Shown here piece after piece: positions 38,920 to 49,217 of a DNA stretch of 64,000 bases. The notes beneath the pieces were generated by a model that was not told the DNA's origin, ran no database searches, and was given only the letters and a program-made list of their open reading frames with translations. The stretch comes from Nanobdellota archaeon. GTDB lineage: Archaea; Nanobdellota; Nanobdellia; Pacearchaeales; GW2011-AR1. Position 1 is the stretch's first letter; every line of letters starts with the position of its first letter. Where the stretch lies: assembly GCA_038045945.1 (NCBI GenBank), contig JBBSXC010000001.1, forward strand, positions 32,001-96,000, given 5' to 3'. The position numbers and the translations under genes are program-made.

Positions 38920-39173
38920 GGTTTTTTACTATAATCATTGTTTTTTTGCTTGTTGGTGTTTTCTTTATTATTTCTGAGAAGGGCCTTAATGTTGCTTCTT
39001 CTTCTGACTTGAAAATTCTTAAGAGTGATTATTCTTCATGGCTCTTGACTACTGCTAAGAATTCTGCTTTTTTTGTTGGTCAGGCAATAAAGATGGAATG
39101 GTTGCCTGAAACTAATATGTCCGATTCATCATTAGGGATCATTGAGAGTAACGATAGTAATAAGAGTGAATAA
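38916..39173 (+). CDS. Small membrane-anchored protein
   Basis: ATGA overlap; N-terminal TM; MEWLP. Confidence 0.6.
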   Translation: MRFFTIIIVFLLVGVFFIISEKGLNVASSSDLKILKSDYSSWLLTTAKNSAFFVGQAIKMEWLPETNMSDSSLGIIESNDSNKSE

Positions 39174-39249
39174 TTAGTTTTTTCTCTTAATGGAACAAGT
39201 TTTTTTTCTTTAGCTTAATTTTATAAACCTCTCTGGACTTGTTTACTTT

Positions 39250-39774
39250 ATGGTTAAAGAAAATGATTCTAATCCTGTTAAGGAGTCTAAAGAGGGTAAG
39301 CTTGATAAGTTTAGAGCTAATTATGAAAAGTTAGCTAAGAAGCATTCTTTACCTTCTTTTGATATGCTTAATAATTATTTTGATATTGAGGAATTGTCTA
39401 GTAAGAGTACTGATAGGGTTTTGAGGATTATTAGAAGAAGAATTACTGAGAAGACTAGTTCATACTTGAGATTCATGGAAGTTTTCCTTAATCCTTCACA
39501 AGCACCCTTATTTTACATGGTTTTGACTAAGAATATGCCTGATGAGGGTAGGAAGATCATTAATGAGTCTTATTTTGATCTTGGTAGGATTGAGATTGAT
39601 CATTTGCGTATGGAACTGCAGGATTATGATGAAAAAGCAGAATCTGAATTAATTAAGGATTTTTGTGCTATTTGGTCAACTGTTAAGAAACAAATGAAGG
39701 TTTTAGTGGAAATTTTTGATAAGCAGTGGAAGCAGAAAAGGTCTGAGTCGCGAGAGAAAACTTATTTAGGATGA
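39250..39774 (+). CDS. Conserved hypothetical protein
   Basis: LPSFD.LN..FDIE, LNPS, C-terminal YLG. Confidence 0.65.
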   Translation: MVKENDSNPVKESKEGKLDKFRANYEKLAKKHSLPSFDMLNNYFDIEELSSKSTDRVLRIIRRRITEKTSSYLRFMEVFLNPSQAPLFYMVLTKNMPDEGRKIINESYFDLGRIEIDHLRMELQDYDEKAESELIKDFCAIWSTVKKQMKVLVEIFDKQWKQKRSESREKTYLG

Positions 39775-39818
39775 TAATTTACAACAGATATTAATATAAA
39801 TAGATAAATCTGGTTTTA

Positions 39819-40202
39819 TTGATGGCTGGTAGCGTTGATACACTAGTTGATTCTTACGTTGTTTCTCTTGCTAAACATTTTGTTTGTGAGGATGGGGAAA
39901 ATTTTGATTTTTTGAGAGATGCTTACTTATCAAACTATAATCTTTTAGGAATGATTGCTCACCGAGGTTTGAGAGATGTTAGAGATAGGAAAAGCTTTTG
40001 CGATCTATCTGAGATGACCCTTGGTTTGTATGATCTTATGATAACGATGAATGTCGATTACTCTAGGGACAGTTTTTTGTTTGATGAATTAGAAGCTACT
40101 AAGGCATTAATGGAAACTGAAGAATTCATTAATGAAGCCCCTGATTCTTATTGGAATGATGATAATAATTGGTCTATTGATTCAAGACCAATAGTTAGAT
40201 AG
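39819..40202 (+). CDS. Hypothetical acidic protein
   Basis: ORF only. Confidence 0.5.
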   Translation: MMAGSVDTLVDSYVVSLAKHFVCEDGENFDFLRDAYLSNYNLLGMIAHRGLRDVRDRKSFCDLSEMTLGLYDLMITMNVDYSRDSFLFDELEATKALMETEEFINEAPDSYWNDDNNWSIDSRPIVR

Positions 40203-40233
40203 ATTATTTAAACATTATTCCCTTGCCCTTTTC

Positions 40234-40947
40234 ATGACTGTTGATTTTAATGATTTGATTGATAATTATCTTAAGAAGGAGTCTTATCCTCGTACTATTG
40301 GTAGGTATTGGCCTAGTGAGGCTGGTGGATGCTTGAGGAAGAATTGGTATAGTTTCAGGATTCCTAAACCTGTTGATAAGCCTTTATCTAGAATATTTGA
40401 GGCTGGTAATATGATTCATGAGTTTGTTGCTGATGTAATTCAGTCTGATAAGAATAGTCATGTTGAACTCCTTGATAAGGAGTTGCCAATTAAGATTCAG
40501 AGAGATGGTTATGTTGTTTCTGGTAGGATTGATGACTTAATACTTGTTTTGTTAGAGGGCAGGGAGTACTTGGTTGAGGTTAAGTCTACAAAGTATTTGC
40601 CTGTTCAGCCCCGTGTTGAGCATTTGATGCAGTTGCAATTATATATGAGTTCTTTGGGCGTTCACGATGGTATTATGCTTTATATTAAGAAGGATGATTT
40701 GCAAACTAAGCAGTTTAGTGTTGATTATGATGAATCGCAAGTTTTGGAGGTTTTGGAAAGGTTTGATAAGTTGCATAAACACTTAGTTAGTGATAAGATC
40801 CCAGAGGCTGAGGCTAAAACTGTTTATGACAAAAATTGGATGTGTGCTTTTTGTCCTTATCTTAAGGAGTGTGATGAAGAAGTAATTAGGAGTAAGGTTG
40901 TTCGCGACTTGGAAAATTCTAAGAATCAAGAATTAGTTGGCAGTTGA
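40234..40947 (+). CDS. Solo Cas4-like PD-(D/E)XK nuclease
   Basis: PSE...C.RK, G..IH, GRIDD, EVKS, QLQLY, CAFCP...C Fe-S cysteines. Confidence 0.85.
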   Translation: MTVDFNDLIDNYLKKESYPRTIGRYWPSEAGGCLRKNWYSFRIPKPVDKPLSRIFEAGNMIHEFVADVIQSDKNSHVELLDKELPIKIQRDGYVVSGRIDDLILVLLEGREYLVEVKSTKYLPVQPRVEHLMQLQLYMSSLGVHDGIMLYIKKDDLQTKQFSVDYDESQVLEVLERFDKLHKHLVSDKIPEAEAKTVYDKNWMCAFCPYLKECDEEVIRSKVVRDLENSKNQELVGS

Positions 40948-41328
40948 GTTTTTTGCTAGGTTTGTTGATGATCCTATTGTTAGTAGGAATGATTGCACGT
41001 TTCTTGATTCCCAATTTTTAGGATAAATAATTTTTGTTTTGTTTCCGAACTTGTTTATTAGCATTATGTTTTGTATTATTCTTGCTAGTGTTTCTGCTCT
41101 CATTTTTCCTTCAGTATTTTTTAGTTCTTCCAAATTTATTATGAATGATACTCCTTTTTGTTTTGCTATTTTGCATAATACTTGGTTTAGTCCTGAGTCT
41201 CTTTCGTATAATGAGTCGCGTTTGTTGTCAGAGTGGTTTAGTACTAAGAATTTTGTTTTTTTGTTTTCTATTATTTGTCTGTTTTGGTCTGAGTTTCCTC
41301 CGTAGAATAATCCTTCTTTTTCTTTCAT
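40933..41328 (-). CDS. Short RNase P Rpp30-like protein
   Basis: GG....NR..IEN, RDSGLNQVLCKIAK, LARIIQNI. Confidence 0.65.
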   Translation of the reverse strand: MKEKEGLFYGGNSDQNRQIIENKKTKFLVLNHSDNKRDSLYERDSGLNQVLCKIAKQKGVSFIINLEELKNTEGKMRAETLARIIQNIMLINKFGNKTKIIYPKNWESRNVQSFLLTIGSSTNLAKNSTAN

Positions 41329-41330
41329 GA

Positions 41331-42020
41331 CTATATTGTTATTTCTGTGCCTATAAATTCTTTTCCTTCTATTAGGTTAACAAAGTTTTTCACGTCGTTT
41401 CCTATGATGAATGTTTTTATTTTTTTGTTCATTACTATTTTTGCTGCTTCTTGGTCTATTACGAAGTGTTGTCCTGGTGTAAACTTCATTTTGTTTGCCA
41501 TTTTTTTCATTTCTTTAGCGCTTATTTTGCTTATTAGTTTAGCATCCTTGTTTTTTCTTGGGTCGCTTGTGTATAGTCCGTTAACGTTTGTTAGATTGAT
41601 GAATTCTGCGTTTAGGAAGCTTGCTAGTTTGGCTGATGTTGAGTCGCTTGTTTGTTTATCAGCGTATCTTAATGCTCCGCAGAATACTATGTCGTGTTTG
41701 TTCAGTAGTCTGTCTACGTGTTTCATATCGTGGGGTATTCCTTCGTCTGGGTCGTGGTCGAAGAAGTAGCTTACGAATCTTGCGTTTGTTCTGGTTATTG
41801 ATATTCCCATCAGGCTTTGTAATCGTTCTGATACTCCTGCTTTTTTTAGTGAGTTTATGTATGTTCTTGCTACGCTTCCTCCTCCGCATACTATCACGAA
41901 CTTGTTTTTTCTTGATAATTTTTTTATTGCTGTTTTTATTTCTGTTAAGAATTCGTTATCAACGCCGCTGCTAGGCACTATTAAGCTGCCGCCAAGACTT
42001 AGCACAAAAACCCTCTTCAT
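41331..42020 (-). CDS. pyrH: UMP kinase
   Basis: SLGGS, GGG..AR.Y, TSD, TNVNGLYTSDP, GT. Confidence 0.93.
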   Translation of the reverse strand: MKRVFVLSLGGSLIVPSSGVDNEFLTEIKTAIKKLSRKNKFVIVCGGGSVARTYINSLKKAGVSERLQSLMGISITRTNARFVSYFFDHDPDEGIPHDMKHVDRLLNKHDIVFCGALRYADKQTSDSTSAKLASFLNAEFINLTNVNGLYTSDPRKNKDAKLISKISAKEMKKMANKMKFTPGQHFVIDQEAAKIVMNKKIKTFIIGNDVKNFVNLIEGKEFIGTEITI

Positions 42021-42101
42021 TTAGTCATCCTCTCTTTAGTCTTAATGTGTACTAACTACTATTTAAATGTTTGAGGATTATTTTATAGTAACAAAAGATC
42101 C

Positions 42102-42389
42102 TTATTTTATTATGAATATTTTGTCGTTGGTTACGTCGAAGAATCCTAGTTTTGATCCTGTGTCTAGCCATCCGTGCGCGTAGTTTAGTGCCGCAAAACA
42201 GTTTACTAAATCTTCCTTTTTTTTGAAGTATTCTGCGTCGCTTATGTATCTTGATGCCATATCTAGTATTGTTTCTGCTTCTTCTTTGTGTGATTTGTTT
42301 ATTGCTTCTTTTGCTTCTTTGAATGCGCTTTTTGATATCTCAAAATATTTTTCTATTTTTTCTGGTGTTATTTTGTCTGATTTTTTCAT
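42102..42389 (-). CDS. DUF357 protein
   Basis: Y.SDA.YF, NYAHGWLD.G. Confidence 0.85.
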   Translation of the reverse strand: MKKSDKITPEKIEKYFEISKSAFKEAKEAINKSHKEEAETILDMASRYISDAEYFKKKEDLVNCFAALNYAHGWLDTGSKLGFFDVTNDKIFIIK

Positions 42390-42488
42390 GTTTATTTGAT
42401 GTTTTCTCTCCTTATAAATTTAAACCATTTCTTGGCTGATGATACTAAAGTTTATATACGATTTTTGTCCTTTTAGTTATAGCTTAAC

Positions 42489-44726
42489 ATGAAAGAAATA
42501 AGAGGTGGTAAAGTACTTTTGGGTTTTTTGTTAATAATTGTTTTCTTATTTTCCTTATTTCTTTTTGCTAATAATGGTTCTTATTCTGGTTTAGCTGTTT
42601 ATAATTTTGGCCCTTTTGATGATAGTAATAGTTTTGGTCTTTGGACTTCTAGTGGTTCTAGTATGGACGGTTCTTACTCTATTGACAATCAAGTTTTTTC
42701 TGGTGGTACTGGTAGTTTGAAGGGTTCTACAGCCGGTCATAATAAGTCTTTTGTTGGCGTTACTCTTAGTCAGAAGCTTTCTCCTAATATGACTCAGAAT
42801 GGTGAATACCTCAATTTTTATTGGCGTAAGTCTTATCAGAATTCTTTATCTGTTACTAATAATATGTCTATTATTCTTTTAAGACCTGATAATAGTAAGG
42901 TTGTTTTGTGGAATGATTTGTCTAATAATTATGATTCTTGGTCTGGTGAATCTGTTCAGATTAATTCTTTTAATCAACAGGGGGATTATTATCTGGTTTT
43001 GGGTTGTGATTTGAAAACTGGTGAACTTTCTGATAATTCTTCTTCTACTTCTTGTTATTTTGATGAGGTAGTTATTGATACTCAGGGGAGTCCTTCTTCG
43101 CCCATTAGCCCTTTCTTTTATTCTTATCAGCAAACTCCTTCTAGTGGTGTTTCTTATAATGTTTCTACGGTTTATGATTTTAGGGTTTCTGTTTCTAATT
43201 CTGATGGTAAACCTTGGATTGATTTGGATAGTGCTAATAGGAGTCTTTCTCAAGTTTCTGGTAATACTTATCGTTTATTGGCCAGTAATTTGAGTGCTGG
43301 TACGCATTCTTTTTATTATTGGAGTTGGAATAATGGCGGTATTGCTAGTAGAGCTAGGAATTCTTCTCCTGTTATGACTTATCAGGTAACTAAAGGTTTT
43401 GGGGAGCTTAAGACTATTATTAATGGTTATAGGGGCGATTACACTGTTTCTAACAACACTGTTATTTGTTTTTCTGTTATTGCTCCAGATTCTGCTGATG
43501 GTTTGAGAACTATTTCTGTTAATGGTAAGTTGTTTGGTAAGCACGATAGTAACTTTCAGAATTGTACTTCTTTCTCTACCCCTCAGGTTGTTAATATTAG
43601 TTCTTATTGGGATGGCGGTACTAACTACTTTTCTGATTCTGAGTCATGGCAACTTAGAGTTATTAAGGAGTCTGAAATAGTTAATTATAATGAGACTGTG
43701 ATTAAGGTTCTTTCACCTTTCAATATAGATTATTCTTCTGATACTAAATTTTTAGATTTCTCTCTTGTTTCTAATACTGATCTTCGTGAGTGTCGTTATT
43801 CCTTAAACGGTTTAGAATCAGTACTTATGGATAAGGCTAATGGTACTTCTTTCTCTAAAAACGTTATTACAACTCCTGGCTCTCACCAATTGTTCTTTAT
43901 ATGTAAGGATAATCTTGGTACTGTTTTTAATGTTCAACCAGTTATTAATTTTAATGTTAAGGATCAGCCTAAAGTTGGTGTTATTAAGTCTAATTTGAAT
44001 TTTTCTTCAGTTAATGATTCTTGTACTCCTTCTTGGAAGTGTTCAGAGTGGTCTGATTGTTCTGCTGTTTCTTATGATCCTAGTGAAATAATTAGTGGTA
44101 AGATTGATGTTAGGGGTGAGCAGAGGAGGATTTGTTATGATACTACTATTTGTAAGAATGCGGTTATTGAGAAGCAGGTTTGTGATGTTAGGATCCCTGT
44201 TAGGGCTGAGGCTAAGTTTTGGTGTGAACAAAACTATATTGAGATTTATGATTTAGTTACTAACCAGTTAGTTAGTAGGATTAAGGAGAGGGATATTGGC
44301 AATACTAAGACTGCTGATATTGGTTTTGTTATGAGTGAATTTGGTGATTATTGTGATTATTGTTATAATGATGCTCGTGATTTTGATGAAGCTGGTATTG
44401 ATTGTGGTGGTAAAAATTGTCCTGCTTGTTACAATAAGAGTTCGCAGAAGGCTCTTTCTTCTAATGCTTTAAGGTTTTCTTTAACTATTATTGAAGTTTT
44501 AGTTTTGGGTAGCATTATTTCTTACTTGTTTTATTGGTTGATTGTTAAAAGGTTGTGGGCTGGTGAAGAGTCTGAAGAGTTGGTTAGTCCTGCGATGTCG
44601 CTTGTTAAGCAGGCTATGAAGAGGGGTTATTCTAAGGACCAAATTTATGAATTGTTCAAGAAGAAGGGTTGGAAGGATAGGGATATTGATCAGTTAATAA
44701 GGGAATCGCAAAAAAAGTTTGATTAA
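42489..44726 (+). CDS. Large membrane-anchored surface protein with Cys-rich modules
   Basis: Signal anchor, many N-x-S/T sequons, CTPSWKCSEWSDC, CYND...E.GIDCGG.CPAC, C-terminal TM. Confidence 0.8.
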   Translation: MKEIRGGKVLLGFLLIIVFLFSLFLFANNGSYSGLAVYNFGPFDDSNSFGLWTSSGSSMDGSYSIDNQVFSGGTGSLKGSTAGHNKSFVGVTLSQKLSPNMTQNGEYLNFYWRKSYQNSLSVTNNMSIILLRPDNSKVVLWNDLSNNYDSWSGESVQINSFNQQGDYYLVLGCDLKTGELSDNSSSTSCYFDEVVIDTQGSPSSPISPFFYSYQQTPSSGVSYNVSTVYDFRVSVSNSDGKPWIDLDSANRSLSQVSGNTYRLLASNLSAGTHSFYYWSWNNGGIASRARNSSPVMTYQVTKGFGELKTIINGYRGDYTVSNNTVICFSVIAPDSADGLRTISVNGKLFGKHDSNFQNCTSFSTPQVVNISSYWDGGTNYFSDSESWQLRVIKESEIVNYNETVIKVLSPFNIDYSSDTKFLDFSLVSNTDLRECRYSLNGLESVLMDKANGTSFSKNVITTPGSHQLFFICKDNLGTVFNVQPVINFNVKDQPKVGVIKSNLNFSSVNDSCTPSWKCSEWSDCSAVSYDPSEIISGKIDVRGEQRRICYDTTICKNAVIEKQVCDVRIPVRAEAKFWCEQNYIEIYDLVTNQLVSRIKERDIGNTKTADIGFVMSEFGDYCDYCYNDARDFDEAGIDCGGKNCPACYNKSSQKALSSNALRFSLTIIEVLVLGSIISYLFYWLIVKRLWAGEESEELVSPAMSLVKQAMKRGYSKDQIYELFKKKGWKDRDIDQLIRESQKKFD

Positions 44727-44782
44727 AATCTTTAACCTATTAGTGTTTTTATGCTGAGAAAACTTTTAAGTTTTCGAGGCAA

Positions 44783-45373
44783 TCAAGAAGCACTTATAAG
44801 CTTCTTTATGTCTAAGTACTTTGTTATTATGAATCTGCTTCCGGCTAGGTCTGATAGTACTGCTGTTATAGAATAATTTTTGTAAGCGGCATTGAATACT
44901 CCTTCTGTTGGGTATGTTTTTGCTAGGTTTGCGAAGTCTGCTATTACTCTTTTTATTTCATCTTCCGATAATGTTACTGCTGTTGTTTCTTCTCCACCTG
45001 GCTTCTTTATCACTAATGGCTTTTCTGGCCCCTGGCATTCTACTACGTATACGTCTCCTCCTATAACCTCGCTTACTTTTCCTAAATCTATTTTTTCTTC
45101 TTGATAAAACTTCTTGTTAGTTAAAGGAGTTGTTATTGTTTTGTTTTCTGTTTGTGGTGTTACAGTGGCGAATTTTACTTTTGGTAAGTCTTGCGGATTA
45201 ATTCTTTCGTTTATTTCTTTTAGTATGTAATCTTTGTTTTTTATTACTTCTTTTAGTCTTCCTTTTATTTCTCTTCTTATTTCTTCACGGAACTTGTTAG
45301 AATTAATGTTTACTAGTATTTCTCTTGTGAATTCTCTTAGGAAGAACCATGATTGTTCGTCACTGCTTAGCAT
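44783..45373 (-). CDS. Conserved hypothetical protein
   Basis: VECQGP.KP and LSEDEI motifs. Confidence 0.6.
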   Translation of the reverse strand: MLSSDEQSWFFLREFTREILVNINSNKFREEIRREIKGRLKEVIKNKDYILKEINERINPQDLPKVKFATVTPQTENKTITTPLTNKKFYQEEKIDLGKVSEVIGGDVYVVECQGPEKPLVIKKPGGEETTAVTLSEDEIKRVIADFANLAKTYPTEGVFNAAYKNYSITAVLSDLAGSRFIITKYLDIKKLISAS

Positions 45374-45375
45374 TA

Positions 45376-45894
45376 TTACACCTTTGGTTCTTCTTTGACT
45401 TGGAATCTTGTTGGTCCTAAATCTATTCTTTCCATTCTTTGTCTAGTTATTTGAGGTATTGTTGGTTGTGGAAATGATCTATTGTTTTGTGATCCTGGTG
45501 CCGGAGTCTCTCCGTACAATTTTTCTTTTAGGTCGTCTCCTAATAATGATAATCCTTTTGCTATTGTTTTGTTTTGGTCTAGTAGTGTGTTTAGTTTTCC
45601 TAAGAATTCTGCTTCTTTTTGTAAGTCTCCGCTTCCTACTGCTCCGCTAGGCCTAAAGTTTTTTTCTGCGAAGCTTCTTGCTGATACTTCGAATATTTGC
45701 AGTAGTTTGCTTATGTTCATTGTTAATAAGTCCATTTTTTCAGCGTTTGTTACTAGCACTTTTTGCAGCCTTACAAAGTTGTCTATTAGTACTTGGTTTA
45801 GGTGTTCTGATCCTGATGTAGAAAATCCGCTTCTGTTTGATTCTTTGTGGCCGCTCACCCTTTTCTTAACCATAAAATATTCGAGGTTTAGCAT
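45376..45894 (-). CDS. Hypothetical coiled-coil protein
   Basis: LIDNFVRLQK, LLDQNKTIAKGL. Confidence 0.6.
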   Translation of the reverse strand: MLNLEYFMVKKRVSGHKESNRSGFSTSGSEHLNQVLIDNFVRLQKVLVTNAEKMDLLTMNISKLLQIFEVSARSFAEKNFRPSGAVGSGDLQKEAEFLGKLNTLLDQNKTIAKGLSLLGDDLKEKLYGETPAPGSQNNRSFPQPTIPQITRQRMERIDLGPTRFQVKEEPKV

Positions 45895-45980
45895 ATTTAT
45901 AAAGGTTATGCAGAGACTATGTGCTTTTGAGGAGATAAATCCTTAAAAGTGTCTTTTACTCTTTTTTTGTCGTGACTTGG

Positions 45981-47408
45981 ATGTTGTTTAACTCTTTGCA
46001 GTTTTTGGTGTTTTTCTTAGTTGTTGTTTCATTATACTTTATTCTTCCTCATAAGTATCGTTGGTTTTTGTTGCTTGTTTCTAGTTACTATTTTTATATG
46101 AGTTATCTTCCAGAGTACGTTCTTGTTTTGTTGTTTGCTACAGTCATGGACTATTTTTTGGCTATTAGGATAGCTTCAATTAAGGATTATACTAAGAGAA
46201 AGTTATTCCTTGTTTTTAGTATTTTTTCTAATCTTGGTTTATTGTTTGTTTTTAAGTACTTTAATTTTTTTGGTGATTCTTTAAGGTCTCTTCTTAGTTT
46301 GGCTTCTTTGGATGTTAGTATTCCTTATAGCTCTTTGATTCTTCCTTTGGGTTTGTCTTTTCATACTTTTCAGAGTTTGGGTTATATGATCGAGGTTTAT
46401 AGGGGTGAGATTAAACCTCAGAAGCATTTTGGTATTTTTGCTTTGTATATTGCTTTTTTTCCTCAGCTTGTTGCTGGGCCTATTGAGAGGGCTAAGAATC
46501 TTATTCCTCAGTTTTATGTGAGTCACAAATTTGATTTTTTGAGAATTGTTGGTGGTCTTAAGATTGTTCTTTGGGGTTTTTTCTTAAAGGCTGTTCTTGC
46601 TGACCGTTTGGCTGTTCCTGTTGATTATGCTTTCACTCATCCTTCTTGGCCTGGTGGTATTTCTCTTCTTTTGGCTACAATATTTTTTGCTTTCCAAATC
46701 TATGGCGATTTTGCTGGTTATACTTTCATTGCTATTGGTACTGCTAAAATTATGGGTTTTTCTTTAATGGATAATTTTCGCAGGCCTTACTTGTCTGGGT
46801 CTTTCGTTGATTTTTGGCGTAGGTGGCATATTTCTTTGTCTTCTTGGTTTAGGGATTACTTGTATATTCCTCTAGGTGGTAGTAAGAAGGGTTTTGTTAG
46901 GACTCTTGTTAATTTGTTTATTGTTTTCTTACTTAGTGGTTTGTGGCATGGTGCTGCTTGGACTTTCGTTATTTGGGGTATTATTCACGGATTATTAGTA
47001 ATTGGTAATACTTTAGTTATCAAGCTTAGTGGTAAGAAAAAGAAGGTTAAGCATAATTTTGGTACAGGCATTATTAATTTCTTTAAGTCTGTCTTTGTTT
47101 TCTCTTTTGTTTGTTTTGCTTGGATTTTTTTCCGTGCTAATTCTGTTTCTGATGCTTTAATAATCATTAAAAGGATTTTTTCTTGGACTGCTCCTAAAAT
47201 TATTACTTTGAGTTTGACTTCTATTGATTTGTCTATTGCTGTTTTCTTAATTTTGTTTGTTATGATTGTTGATTTCTTTACTGAGAAAAGGTTTTTTGGC
47301 GATAAGACTCCTTGGTGGGCAGAATTATTGTTTTATCTTTTGGTTTTTTGGTTTATTATTATTTTAGGCTCCTTTGGGGGTAGGGAGTTTATTTACTTCC
47401 AATTTTAG
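45981..47408 (+). CDS. MBOAT O-acyltransferase (AlgI/PatA-like)
   Basis: MLFNS, LPLGLSF.TFQ, FPQLVAGPI, DFAGY, FWRRWHISLS.W.RDY, GLWHGA. Confidence 0.93.
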   Translation: MLFNSLQFLVFFLVVVSLYFILPHKYRWFLLLVSSYYFYMSYLPEYVLVLLFATVMDYFLAIRIASIKDYTKRKLFLVFSIFSNLGLLFVFKYFNFFGDSLRSLLSLASLDVSIPYSSLILPLGLSFHTFQSLGYMIEVYRGEIKPQKHFGIFALYIAFFPQLVAGPIERAKNLIPQFYVSHKFDFLRIVGGLKIVLWGFFLKAVLADRLAVPVDYAFTHPSWPGGISLLLATIFFAFQIYGDFAGYTFIAIGTAKIMGFSLMDNFRRPYLSGSFVDFWRRWHISLSSWFRDYLYIPLGGSKKGFVRTLVNLFIVFLLSGLWHGAAWTFVIWGIIHGLLVIGNTLVIKLSGKKKKVKHNFGTGIINFFKSVFVFSFVCFAWIFFRANSVSDALIIIKRIFSWTAPKIITLSLTSIDLSIAVFLILFVMIVDFFTEKRFFGDKTPWWAELLFYLLVFWFIIILGSFGGREFIYFQF

Positions 47409-47409
47409 T

Positions 47410-48570
47410 ATGGACAAAAGAATGTTTTTCTTATCGGTAATTGTTGTTTTGTTATTTTTAATGCCTTTGATTGTTCAGTTACTTTTGCCTTTTGGTTATG
47501 ATAGTTTTCGCATTTGGGATTCTGTTTCTAGGGCTTTTATTAATTCTGATAAGCCTTTTTATTCTAATATTAACATTAGTAGGGTCGAGGTTGGTGATTT
47601 GGCTCATGGTACCGAGTTTGAGGTTAATAGGTCTGTTACTTGGTTTACTGATAGTAGAGGTTTTAGGACGCAAGAGTCTATTGATGATTTTTATGATGTT
47701 GTTATTCTTGGTGACTCTACTATTGCTGGTGCTGGTTTGAGTCAGGAGGATATGCTTTATTCTGTTATTAGTAATAAGACTGGTTTGAGGGTTTATTCTA
47801 TGGGTCAGGTTGGTATTAATCGTTTTTTGAGTGATTCTCGTTTTGTTCTTAATCCTCCTAAAGTTTTGGTTTTTGGTGTTCTTGAGAGGAATATGAATAA
47901 TATTGATGTGTTGAATAAAAGTGTTATTGTGAGGAGTAAATACTTTTTTCCTATTAAGGAGAGGCTTGTTGATTTGCTTGATCGTTCTTTAAAACTTAAT
48001 TTTATTAGAAAGAAGATTTCTCCTTCTATTTCTTCTGATAATTTAGCTGTTAATAATAGTACTAGGATGGTTTTTTATGATGTTTCTCTTACTCAACAAT
48101 TAACTAATTCTTTTGTTGTTACACAGTTGGTTGATGAAATTTCTTCTTATAATGATTTGTTAGCTGATCGTAATATTACTTTGATATTTTTGCCTGTTCC
48201 TAATAAGGAGACTGTTTATTATGATGATTTGCCTCAGAATTTTAAGAATAGGTATTCTAAGTCTAATTTTACTTCTCATATTTCTTTCTTAACTAATAAT
48301 GCTGGTGTTAAAACTGTTGATTTATTACCTATTTATAATAAAGAAAAATCTCAGAGTTTTTTGTATCAGTTGGATGATACTCATTGGAATAGGGATGGTG
48401 TTTTGATTGCTGCTGATGAGGTTATTAAACTGATGAATGTTTCCGACATTAATCACTCTGTTTTTAAGAAGCCTATTGTTAGTGATTTGGTTTTTGAGTT
48501 GTTAGTTTATGAGGCTTTTTTCTTACTTTTCGTTCTTGCTTTTCTTCTTAGAATTTTTGATCGTAAATGA
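47410..48570 (+). CDS. AlgJ/AlgX-like SGNH O-acetyltransferase
   Basis: LGDS, VPNK, DTHWN; directly follows the MBOAT gene. Confidence 0.85.
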   Translation: MDKRMFFLSVIVVLLFLMPLIVQLLLPFGYDSFRIWDSVSRAFINSDKPFYSNINISRVEVGDLAHGTEFEVNRSVTWFTDSRGFRTQESIDDFYDVVILGDSTIAGAGLSQEDMLYSVISNKTGLRVYSMGQVGINRFLSDSRFVLNPPKVLVFGVLERNMNNIDVLNKSVIVRSKYFFPIKERLVDLLDRSLKLNFIRKKISPSISSDNLAVNNSTRMVFYDVSLTQQLTNSFVVTQLVDEISSYNDLLADRNITLIFLPVPNKETVYYDDLPQNFKNRYSKSNFTSHISFLTNNAGVKTVDLLPIYNKEKSQSFLYQLDDTHWNRDGVLIAADEVIKLMNVSDINHSVFKKPIVSDLVFELLVYEAFFLLFVLAFLLRIFDRK

Positions 48571-48573
48571 TTA

Positions 48574-48645
48574 TGGGTCCGGAGAGATTCGAACTCTCAT
48601 CCTTCGCTCTGGAGGCGAAGAGACTAACCGTTATCCTACGGGCCC
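48574..48645 (-). tRNA. tRNA-Trp(CCA), intronless, G1-C72, A73
   Basis: Anticodon arm TTCGC-CTCCAGA-GCGAA; GTTCGAATC. Confidence 0.95.
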
Positions 48646-48702
48646 TTTGCTAGTTATTGTTTGGAATGAAATGCTTAAAAATGTTGCTAACTAAGAATTA
48701 TC

Positions 48703-49101
48703 ATGGTTGAAGTATTACTTGACACTAATTTTTTGATTAGTTGTGTTAAGCAAAAGATTCATTTTGTTGATGCTATTAAGGAGTTATTATCTGACTCCGA
48801 GATAGTTGTGCCTGCGCAGGTTGTTTCTGAGCTCCAGAGGATTTCTACCGATCATGATCGTAAGTATCGTTTGGAGGATCGTGAGCATGCTAGTCTAGCT
48901 CTTCAACTTATTGTTAAGTATCGTGTTATTAAGGGTAAGGGCAAGTATGCTGATAAGGCCATTATTGGTTATGTTCATGAGAAGAATTATCGTAGTGAGC
49001 AAGTTATTGTTGCTACTATTGATTCTGGTCTTGTGTCAAAGGTTAGGAATGTTTCTAGAGTAATTAAGATTAGGGGTCTTAAGCGTTTAGTTATCGAATA
49101 A
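48703..49101 (+). CDS. PIN-domain protein (Fcf1-like)
   Basis: LLDTNFL, V..EL, AD..I, VATID; conserved position before rpo7. Confidence 0.85.
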   Translation: MVEVLLDTNFLISCVKQKIHFVDAIKELLSDSEIVVPAQVVSELQRISTDHDRKYRLEDREHASLALQLIVKYRVIKGKGKYADKAIIGYVHEKNYRSEQVIVATIDSGLVSKVRNVSRVIKIRGLKRLVIE

Positions 49102-49217
49102 AAAACCTATTTTTTATTTGTAGTAACCTTTAAAAACATCGAAATTTTCGGAAAAAATTTCGTGGCTTAAAAAGCTGCACTCCAAAGCTTTTTAAACTAA
49201 CTTTTTCTAACATTTTG

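Noticed and set aside
40234-40947. CRISPR-Cas system
   Set aside because: Solo Cas4-like gene only; no array or other cas genes in the window
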